From: Candidatus Heimdallarchaeota archaeon B3_Heim
Lineage (GTDB): Archaea; Asgardarchaeota; Heimdallarchaeia; Hodarchaeales; Hodarchaeaceae
DNA length: 32,000 nucleotides
Assembly (NCBI GenBank): GCA_003144275.1
Contig: NJBF01000003.1
Location: 90,001 to 122,000 of the forward strand
Direction: 5' to 3'
This document shows, piece after piece, positions 24,551-32,000 of the stretch (the first letter of the stretch is position 1; every line of letters begins with the position of its first letter). The position numbers and the translations under genes were made by a program. The notes beneath the pieces are model-generated. The model had not been told where the DNA came from, ran no database searches, and was given only the letters and a program-made list of their open reading frames with translations.

Positions 24551-26137
24551 ATGGAAACTGTCCTTGAAATGCAGAATGTATGCAAAACATTTTATGGGGA
24601 TGGAGTTGAGATTCATGCGAATGACAATGTAAATTTTTCACTGAAACATGGGGAAATTCATGCTCTTTTAGGCGAAAATGGTGCTGGGAAGTCAACTCTC
24701 GTAAATAATCTCTTTCGGAAACCTGACAGTGGAACCATTTTATTACGAGGTAAAGAAGTTGAACTCAGTAATCCAATTGCAGCCCTTAGGCATGGGCTTG
24801 CTATTGCCCGTCAGGATCTTTCAAAAAGCCTGATAGAACGGCACACAGTTGCCGAAAATATTCTGAGTATATCAGAAGGTTTTTTCCTCTCCTTATCACG
24901 TATTGAACGAGAAATAACGAGTGCTCTGAATAAATATGAGTTGGGAGATATTGATCCTAAAACTAAAATCTGGAAACTTTCGGGAGGAGAAAAACAAAGA
25001 GTAGAAATCTTAAAGGCGCTTATTACGGATCCAGAAATAATAATTCTTGATGAACCAACGTCTATGCTCACACCTCCTGAAATTGTTAATCTTTTCAGTC
25101 TTCTTAATTCCCTACGCTCTCAAGGAAAAAGTATCATTATTATCACTCACCACCTTGAAGAGGCAATTAATTACTGTGATCGCATTACTGTGATGAGACA
25201 TGGAGAAGTTGTGGCTACTCTCGAAACTGAAAAAGAAAAAAACGCCTGGGTTTCCGAAGAGGAGGGAATCCGGCGTTTAGCCACCTTAATGGTTGGTAAA
25301 GAAGTATTATATGAATTAGCTCGAAAGAAAATGGAACCTGGAAAGTTAACGGCGGAAATCCAGGGCCTTTTTACTACGAATGATATGGGAGATACTGTTG
25401 TAAACGGAGTGAGTCTTCAATTAAAGGAAAATCAAATATTAGGGATTGCAGGAATATCAGGTAATGGTCAACAAGAATTAGTTGAGGCAATGCTACATTG
25501 GCGCAAAGTTGATTCTGGAAAAGTACTTATTCATGGAAAAAAAATTGATGGTGTGTCCATTGTCCAAGATATTACAGGTAAATCAATAAGAGAAATTAGA
25601 GATTTAGGAATTGCGTATATTCCAGAAGATCGTCGAAAAGCTCTTATTCTGGATTTATCGATACGAGAAAATCTTATCCTTAATTCTTACCGAAAATCAG
25701 GTGGTTTATTCATAGATCAGAAATCTATCGTGAATGTAACAGAAGAATTGATATCCATTTTCAAAATTAAAACTCCTAGTGCCCTTTCATCCGTTCGGAG
25801 TTTATCTGGGGGTAATAGACAGAAAGTAGTAGTGGCACGCGAAACAACACTCGCTCCTCCAGAAGGACGAAAATTGATTTTAATAGCAGAAAATCCGACT
25901 TTCGGACTTGACGTTGGTACGACCCAATTCGTTCGAGAAGAACTATTACGGCTAAGGGAAGAAGGGGCTGCTATTATGTTGATTTCTAGTGATTTGACAG
26001 AGGTTTTAGCTCTCAGTGATCGGATAGCTGTTATGTATAAGGGGAAAATTATGGGTATTTTGAATTCACAGGAAGCTACAAGAGAGAAAGTAGGTTTAAT
26101 GATGGGAGGATCTACACTTCAGGAGGTCATTGAATGA
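24551..26137 (+). CDS. Nucleoside/sugar ABC transporter ATP-binding protein (tandem NBD, CUT2/NupA type)
   Basis: GENGAGKS, LSGGEKQRVEI, LDEPT; second domain AGISGNGQQE, IPEDR, LSGGNRQK, ISSDLTE. Confidence 0.92.
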   Translation: METVLEMQNVCKTFYGDGVEIHANDNVNFSLKHGEIHALLGENGAGKSTLVNNLFRKPDSGTILLRGKEVELSNPIAALRHGLAIARQDLSKSLIERHTVAENILSISEGFFLSLSRIEREITSALNKYELGDIDPKTKIWKLSGGEKQRVEILKALITDPEIIILDEPTSMLTPPEIVNLFSLLNSLRSQGKSIIIITHHLEEAINYCDRITVMRHGEVVATLETEKEKNAWVSEEEGIRRLATLMVGKEVLYELARKKMEPGKLTAEIQGLFTTNDMGDTVVNGVSLQLKENQILGIAGISGNGQQELVEAMLHWRKVDSGKVLIHGKKIDGVSIVQDITGKSIREIRDLGIAYIPEDRRKALILDLSIRENLILNSYRKSGGLFIDQKSIVNVTEELISIFKIKTPSALSSVRSLSGGNRQKVVVARETTLAPPEGRKLILIAENPTFGLDVGTTQFVREELLRLREEGAAIMLISSDLTEVLALSDRIAVMYKGKIMGILNSQEATREKVGLMMGGSTLQEVIE

Positions 26138-27270
26138 AAATTGCAAATTATGAACTAATATTTCAAAAAAGAACTTTCTCAATTACTGGATTCCGCGCTA
26201 TTGCTTATAGGATACTTTTCGTCATATTTGGGTTAATGACTGTTGGGTTCATATTTTTGTTAAATGGAATAAACCCTCTGGATCTATTCTTCTTGTCAAA
26301 TCGATCTATGCTCCGTATTATCTTGATATTACTCCCTCATACATTTGTTTCATTCATACCGCTTCTTTGTATTGCCATAGGGCTAGCCATCCCTTTTAAA
26401 GCACGAATAGACAACATTGGAGCGGAAGGACAATTTATTATGGGAATGCTAGCAGCAACATGGACTGCAATGGAATTTCCCGATCTTCCATCAATTGTCC
26501 TTATACCCCTAATGTTTCTTAACGGATTCATTCTTGGAGCTATTTGGGCTCTTCCAGTTGTTTTTTTCAGAGCAAAAGGAGGATTCCAAGGCGCCGATGT
26601 AGTTGTTTCTTTTCTAATGGTTTTTCCAGCTCTTTATTTAATGCAGTACCTTGTTAGTGGTCCTTGGCGAGATCCAGCGACTGGTTTTGCTTTTTCCAAA
26701 ATCTTACCCGAATCTGCACAAATTCCAGGAATACCAATTGAAATCTATGTACCTTTTCTAGATGCCACATGGAATTTCGATCCTGTGCACATATCTATAT
26801 TTTTGGTTCTGATAATTGCACTCGTAACGTACTACTACTTATTCCGTACTGAAGAGGGAATTCCAAAAACGAAGATTGGTTATGAAATCAACGTCACAGG
26901 CAAAAATCCTTTAGCTGGACGGATGGCAGGTATAAGTTTTTTCAAGGTAATTTTGATCAGTATGATAATTTCAGGAGGTCTCGCTGGAATAGCAGGAGTT
27001 GCTGAAATTGCAGGTAATAAATTACGACTTACTGTTAATTCGGCAGGTTATGGTTTTACAGCAATTGTTGTTGCGTATCTGGGTGGCCTAAATCCGATAG
27101 GGATAATTTTTAGTGCATTATTTTTTGCCGCATTGATTTCTGGTGGAACAGCAATCAACTTAACAGGTCTACCCGTATCTGCACTAGATATGTTCAGCGG
27201 TATCATTTTGTTTTATGTCCTACTATCAGAATTTTTCTTTCGCTATACAATCAAATGGAGGCGTTCTTAA
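26134..27270 (+). CDS. Nucleoside ABC transporter permease 1 (NupB type)
   Basis: NIGAEGQFIMG, ISGGLAGIAG, GYGFTAIVVAYLG and NPIGI motifs; ATGA overlap with the ATPase. Confidence 0.9.
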   Translation: MKIANYELIFQKRTFSITGFRAIAYRILFVIFGLMTVGFIFLLNGINPLDLFFLSNRSMLRIILILLPHTFVSFIPLLCIAIGLAIPFKARIDNIGAEGQFIMGMLAATWTAMEFPDLPSIVLIPLMFLNGFILGAIWALPVVFFRAKGGFQGADVVVSFLMVFPALYLMQYLVSGPWRDPATGFAFSKILPESAQIPGIPIEIYVPFLDATWNFDPVHISIFLVLIIALVTYYYLFRTEEGIPKTKIGYEINVTGKNPLAGRMAGISFFKVILISMIISGGLAGIAGVAEIAGNKLRLTVNSAGYGFTAIVVAYLGGLNPIGIIFSALFFAALISGGTAINLTGLPVSALDMFSGIILFYVLLSEFFFRYTIKWRRS

Positions 27271-28221
27271 ATGGTAGAACTTCTGAATCCGATACTGTGG
27301 CACTCAATAGTTGCAGCTGCTACCTTTTTTGTTCTTCCAACTCTTGGTGAGATTTATGCTGAGCGTTCTGGTATATTGAATTTAGGTATTGAAGGAATGG
27401 TAATTGCTGGAGCTGCGGGGTCGTACGCAATTGCGTACCAGACTCAGGATATTTTATTGGGAGTCCTTTTTGGAATGTTTATAGGCGGCCTACTCGCCAC
27501 GATCCATGCAATTCTAACGATAACCTTCAACAGGAATCAAGTGGTGTCTGGAATAGGCTTGACTATCTTAGGAACAGGACTTAGCGGATTGTTAGGGGAT
27601 GCAGTTGTTGGAAAAGCCTTAAAAGGCATTGATTCTACTCCTATTCCAATTTTAAAAGATATTCCAACGATAGGTGAGGTATTTTTTGATCAAAATATTT
27701 TTGTATATCTTAGCTTTATTTTAGCACCAATCTTGTGGTTTATTCTGTATAAAACTCGAATTGGTATCCTGATCAGGTCAGTTGGAGAAAATCCTTCTGC
27801 CTCAATGAATCAAGGTGTAAATGTGAGACTGATCCGATATCTTTGTGTTATCTTTGGAGGAATGATGGCTGGACTTGGAGGGGCATATCTTTCACTTGGG
27901 TGGTTAAATTTCTGGACTGATGGAATGACACAAGGAAGAGGATGGATAGTCATTGCTCTAGTAGTAGTGGCATTATGGAATCCCTTAGGAGCGTTCATTG
28001 GATCCTATCTTTTTGGAATGTTTGATGTCTTACAATTTTCTTTCCAACACGAGGCAATCCCGTTCATCTTTCCTACTGGAATCCCCCCATCTGTATTAAA
28101 AATGATGCCTCCTGTTTCCACAATCTTATTCTTAGCAATTTGGGGAATCATCTTATCACAACAGAAAGTAAAGAGTATTGTTGGCGCACCTACAGCGTTA
28201 GCAAAACCTTTTGAAGATTGA
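27271..28221 (+). CDS. Nucleoside ABC transporter permease 2 (NupC type)
   Basis: ERSGILNLGIEG, NQVVSGIG, RSVGENP and GRGWIVIALV motifs. Confidence 0.9.
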   Translation: MVELLNPILWHSIVAAATFFVLPTLGEIYAERSGILNLGIEGMVIAGAAGSYAIAYQTQDILLGVLFGMFIGGLLATIHAILTITFNRNQVVSGIGLTILGTGLSGLLGDAVVGKALKGIDSTPIPILKDIPTIGEVFFDQNIFVYLSFILAPILWFILYKTRIGILIRSVGENPSASMNQGVNVRLIRYLCVIFGGMMAGLGGAYLSLGWLNFWTDGMTQGRGWIVIALVVVALWNPLGAFIGSYLFGMFDVLQFSFQHEAIPFIFPTGIPPSVLKMMPPVSTILFLAIWGIILSQQKVKSIVGAPTALAKPFED

Positions 28222-28256
28222 CCGTCACTTGTACAATCAGAAAATGAGATTCGAAC

Positions 28257-29147
28257 ATGAGCAAAACAGAACCAACGATCCCTTTTTTCCATACTCTGCA
28301 GGGACTAATAATTCTTGGTAGGCCCGTCGATGGAATTATTATTGGAAGTACAGCTGTTCTCGGTATGATTGTCAGTTTACGTTCAATGCCTTCTTTCACC
28401 CAATTATCTTTTGGATTACTATGTGGGATCTTAGTACTTGCAGGAATGGACACTCTTAACGATTATTTGGATATTGAGATAGATAAAATTTCCAAATCAT
28501 GGCGGCCTTTACCACAGGGGACAGTTAGTCGTCAATTAGCTTTATTAGCAGCCATAATAGAAACTATGCTAGCATTAACCTTGGGTTATTTCCTTTTTAA
28601 CTATCAAGCAATTCTTGTTGGGCTAATTGCTATTACAGCGGCAGTAGTATATTCGAAATGGTTAAAACCTATATTTTTAGCAAAAAATATCATCGTAGCA
28701 TTTAGTTTATCATTAGCATTCCTAGGTGGTGCCCTTTCTGTTAATTCGGCACCCCAAATTGATTTAACGTTTCTCTTACTACAACTACTAACATTTGTGG
28801 CAGCTTTCATATTTGAAGTTCATAAGGATCTTGGAGATTTACGTGGAGATTCACTTCATGAAGTTCAAACTCTCCCTACAAGATTTGGACCAATAAAAAC
28901 AGTGAAATTGATTATTTTGGGATATACAATGGCATGGATGATTGCTGTTTCATTTATCTTTATTATGGAAGTAGACCTCATCTACGTTCTAATTCTTTTA
29001 CTCACTTTAGTCCTACTCATCCTTGTTCTCTATTTATTGGATAAAGATCCCTTAAATAATATTGAATCTACTAGACGCATTATGACGTTAGTTATGGGGT
29101 TTATTCTTCTTGGTTTGGCTAGATTGACTCTTTTAAACCTTAACTAA
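28257..29147 (+). CDS. UbiA-family prenyltransferase, digeranylgeranylglyceryl-phosphate synthase-like
   Basis: NDYLDIEID...RPLP and EVHKDLGDLRGD aspartate-rich motifs; multi-TM. Confidence 0.8.
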   Translation: MSKTEPTIPFFHTLQGLIILGRPVDGIIIGSTAVLGMIVSLRSMPSFTQLSFGLLCGILVLAGMDTLNDYLDIEIDKISKSWRPLPQGTVSRQLALLAAIIETMLALTLGYFLFNYQAILVGLIAITAAVVYSKWLKPIFLAKNIIVAFSLSLAFLGGALSVNSAPQIDLTFLLLQLLTFVAAFIFEVHKDLGDLRGDSLHEVQTLPTRFGPIKTVKLIILGYTMAWMIAVSFIFIMEVDLIYVLILLLTLVLLILVLYLLDKDPLNNIESTRRIMTLVMGFILLGLARLTLLNLN

Positions 29148-30578
29148 ATTCACTTGGCTCAATTTGGTTAAATTTTCTTTTATCGCTCTTCCTGCAATCA
29201 ATCCTGAAATACTCGCTTGGACCAGTGACCGAGTGACTCCAGCTCCATCTCCTACCGCATATAATCCTGTAATTTTCGTTTCAAGATTATTGGATACTTT
29301 TATTTTACTAGAATAATATTTTGTTTCGATCCCATAAAGCAAAGTATTAGATGAATTCACTCCAGGCATAATATTGTCAAGTGCTTCTATCATCTCAAGA
29401 ATACTACATAAATGTCTGTAAGGAAGTACAAAAGATAAATCTCCAGGGATAGCTTCTTTTAATGTTGGTTCAATGGCTGATCTCTTGATTCGCTCGAAAT
29501 TTGAACGTCTTCCCCTCTTTAGGTCAGCGAGTCGCTGTATAATTACATTTCCCTTTGTTAACAAATTTGCTAATTTACTTATAGATCGGCCATAAGCTAA
29601 CGGGTCATCAAAAGGTTCAGTAAAGCGACTACTAACTAATAATGCGAAATTCGTGTTTTTTGTTTCTTTTTCTTGAATCGAGTATGAGTGGCCATTGACA
29701 GTTATCCATTTTTCTCGAGTTTCAGGATCATAAACTACTTCTTGAGTTACTATTCCCCTTGGACAAACACAAAATGTTCTGCATTCTTGTTCAAAGGTAG
29801 GAGAATAATATTTCGCTTTGAATTCATATAGGAGGTCTGTGAGATGGGAACTTATCTCTGCAGGTAATTCTATTCTAACTCCAATATCAACAGGATTATT
29901 TTCTAACGACAAACCAAGTCTTAATGATTCTTTTCTAGCCCATGCGGCTCCAGATCGACCTGTAGCAATTATCACGAATTTTCCTTTGTATATACCTTGA
30001 TCTGTCTTTACTCCTCTAACTTGATAGTTTTCAACCAAGATTTCTTTAGCTGTTTCACTGAAATTGACTTTTATTTTTAAAGAGGCTTTAAGATGATCAT
30101 ACATAGTCAGTAAGACTTGAGAACATTTATCTGTCCCAATATGCAACAGGCGATAAGGTATAAGAGTAATCCCATACTTTAATGCCGTTTTTCGTGCCTC
30201 ATCAACATCTTTTCCTTCACCCGTAACTAAGCGATCCCTAGAAGCCCCAAAACTAATATAAATCTCTTCAACCTCACTGATGTATTCTTCGAGTTTATTA
30301 ATGGAAATATAGTCTGATAAATGTCCTCCTATGTCAGCAGTTAGAGTCAGTTTTCCATCTGAAAAAGCTCCTGCTCCTCCCCATCCTTGCATCACATCGC
30401 TCTTTTGAATGTTACGATTTTCTACCCGATTGGCTAAATCACTACCGCTTTCAATCATCAAAATGTTTAAATTATCCTCGGAGAATTTTATCAATTCTAA
30501 TGCTGCAAAAATCCCTGCTGGCCCAGTACCAATTATGATGACGTCATAGTATTTCGAATTATCTAATCTAGAGTTCAT
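29133..30578 (-). CDS. FAD-dependent oxidoreductase (COG2509-like)
   Basis: IIIGTGPAG dinucleotide fold, GWGGAGAFSDGKL, ATGRSG, RTFCVCPRG, VNGHS, YGIETKYY and GDGAGVTR motifs. Confidence 0.85.
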   Translation of the reverse strand: MNSRLDNSKYYDVIIIGTGPAGIFAALELIKFSEDNLNILMIESGSDLANRVENRNIQKSDVMQGWGGAGAFSDGKLTLTADIGGHLSDYISINKLEEYISEVEEIYISFGASRDRLVTGEGKDVDEARKTALKYGITLIPYRLLHIGTDKCSQVLLTMYDHLKASLKIKVNFSETAKEILVENYQVRGVKTDQGIYKGKFVIIATGRSGAAWARKESLRLGLSLENNPVDIGVRIELPAEISSHLTDLLYEFKAKYYSPTFEQECRTFCVCPRGIVTQEVVYDPETREKWITVNGHSYSIQEKETKNTNFALLVSSRFTEPFDDPLAYGRSISKLANLLTKGNVIIQRLADLKRGRRSNFERIKRSAIEPTLKEAIPGDLSFVLPYRHLCSILEMIEALDNIMPGVNSSNTLLYGIETKYYSSKIKVSNNLETKITGLYAVGDGAGVTRSLVQASISGLIAGRAIKENLTKLSQVNLVKV

Positions 30579-30607
30579 TAGAATATTAACCCGTCCATTT
30601 TGGGTAG

Positions 30608-31999
30608 TTATTTATCAGTAATTCCTGCTAAATATTTGGCAATTGATTTTCTCGAATCGATATCATATTGCTTGAGAATTGCTATATCTTCCATAACAGG
30701 AGAACCACCTCCATGAACTCCTGCTATAGATATTACACCACCAATAGATGAACAAAGTACATCAGAAAGGGTTCTATAAAGTTTATAGACATCTTCAGCA
30801 GGTATATCCGCTTTTCGCTTGATATATTTCTGGAGGAGCGGTCCTATCTTTTCCTCATCGAAAAAATCCTTTTCAAATGGTAGTGTCGCAGGTAGACCTC
30901 CAGATAAATCGGCGAGAGTTTCAAGTTCATGATAGTAATTCTTTCCTGCATGTTTTCTACCCACATTACAGAACATAGGATCTGGAATCATGGTGCCACA
31001 ATCATCTTTAGTTGCTTTGTATGCAGCGGCAATTCCACTTGCGTATACAAGTTCAGCGACACTTATTAAATCTGCAAGTTTTGATTGCACATGCTTCTTA
31101 TCTTCTATCCCATTATATTCACTAACCAGTGCAGAATAGCCCAAGAGGATGTCTGTGGATGAGGGTTTACATCCAGTATAACTATGACGATGATATAAGG
31201 CAAACAAAAGAGCAAGCCATCCTCCAAACTGATGTTCTCCCTCATAACCGCCTAAAAAGACTCGCTCGTTAGGAATAAAGACATCATCAAATATTACAGT
31301 GTTCTCAACATCGCCAAACGTCCCAGCAGGACAAGGTACATTTTCTCGCTGTTTCATATTTGACGCACGAGTAACAAGATACACACCATCCCAATCTCCT
31401 GGAATGGCAAATGATACAGCATACTCATCTTCTTCAGGTGTTAAAAAACGAGTCGGTGTAACGATTATCTCCTCAGCCACAGCCGCCGCCGTTATGTGAT
31501 GTTTGGCACCTCTTACAACAATTCCATCCTCTCTATGTTCAATTACACGTAAATATAAATCAGGGTCTGCCTGCTGATGGGGCCTTAGTGAACGATCCCC
31601 CTTTGGATCTGTTTGTGCACAACAACCTACCGTATCATTTGTTTGCCATTCTTTCAAATACTTCAGAAATCTCTGATTATAAGGCCGCTCTGTCATCGAT
31701 TCAGCTCTAGCTGTAATTATTGATAAGGCATTCATCGCATCTACTCCCATACATCGAAAGATACACCCTCCTGTGTAATGGCAAATCTGACGGGTCATAT
31801 CCTGTTTCTTTAATAGGTCTTCCACCGACTGGTGGATATGAGTAAACCTATTTATAGTATCACCCGTGATATGGGACTCTGCAGTGATTAAATCCTTAAA
31901 TTCTGGGTCTTTAACACTATCGAAGGTTTTACTGATAGTGGTTATAGAACCTGCAAGTCTTGAATCATCTCTCCCGACTTGTTCTCCATTAATATAGAT
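30608..31999 (-). CDS. 4-hydroxybutyryl-CoA dehydratase (AbfD)/HpaB-fold protein; 5' end outside the window
   Basis: The frame is open to the window edge (IYINGEQV...INRFTHIHQS). CIFRC and HRHSYTGC cluster ligands, QTDPKGDRS, VRGAKHHIT and HGGGSP motifs. Confidence 0.85.
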   Translation of the reverse strand: MYINGEQVGRDDSRLAGSITTISKTFDSVKDPEFKDLITAESHITGDTINRFTHIHQSVEDLLKKQDMTRQICHYTGGCIFRCMGVDAMNALSIITARAESMTERPYNQRFLKYLKEWQTNDTVGCCAQTDPKGDRSLRPHQQADPDLYLRVIEHREDGIVVRGAKHHITAAAVAEEIIVTPTRFLTPEEDEYAVSFAIPGDWDGVYLVTRASNMKQRENVPCPAGTFGDVENTVIFDDVFIPNERVFLGGYEGEHQFGGWLALLFALYHRHSYTGCKPSSTDILLGYSALVSEYNGIEDKKHVQSKLADLISVAELVYASGIAAAYKATKDDCGTMIPDPMFCNVGRKHAGKNYYHELETLADLSGGLPATLPFEKDFFDEEKIGPLLQKYIKRKADIPAEDVYKLYRTLSDVLCSSIGGVISIAGVHGGGSPVMEDIAILKQYDIDSRKSIAKYLAGITDK

Positions 32000-32000
32000 A

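Noticed and set aside
29133-30578. Geranylgeranyl reductase, suggested by adjacency to DGGGPS
   Set aside because: It lacks the GGR YxWxFP motif; its motifs (GAFSDGKL, RTFCVCP, VNGHS) fit the COG2509-like family.
1774-31499. Numerous 60-135 aa ORFs antisense to or nested in larger genes (for example 1774-1998, 5828-6013, 6410-6817, 7556-7837, 17026-17343, 24811-25071, 28005-28292, 31299-31499)
   Set aside because: Shadow ORFs of well-supported CDSs with no independent motifs or start signals.
1-32000. tRNA, rRNA, CRISPR arrays, transposase or integrase genes
   Set aside because: No T-loop/cloverleaf, rRNA-like tract, regularly spaced repeats or transposase motifs seen by eye.

Overview
AT-rich, gene-dense archaeal window. 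Asgard/Heimdallarchaeia-like origin is an inference from GGGP and DGGGP synthase homologs, PGF-type C-terminal sorting tails and membrane-fused wHTH regulators. It holds about 33 CDS or CDS remnants: a partial radical SAM protein, an O-methyltransferase, a C_GCAxxG_C_C protein, an ArsR-GyrI regulator, an RsmB/NOP2 m5C methyltransferase, a FtsX/LolD-type ABC exporter with a divergent membrane wHTH regulator, a PD-(D/E)XK-like nuclease, MazG, DHH and PHP hydrolases, a divergent GGGPS, two back-to-back LeuC/LeuD-type hydro-lyase pairs separated by an MCP tail fragment, two tandem acidic surface proteins, a bactofilin-like beta-helix protein, a BMP-type nucleoside ABC transporter, DGGGPS, a flavoprotein and a partial AbfD-like protein. 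I saw no tRNA, rRNA, CRISPR array or transposase. The most notable items are: (1) an unannotated, densely base-paired RNA-like element of about 215 nt at 22166-22380 (+), with a hairpin resembling IscB omega-RNA/HEARO but no nuclease gene, next to a 5'-truncated DUF362 gene; (2) the twin aconitase-family pairs, one with fungal Lys4 homoaconitase signatures and one with the catalytic His replaced by Cys; (3) an AbfD homolog lacking the Glu455 equivalent; (4) the bactofilin-like protein and the paired surface proteins. All family calls come from motif recognition by eye; no searches were run.
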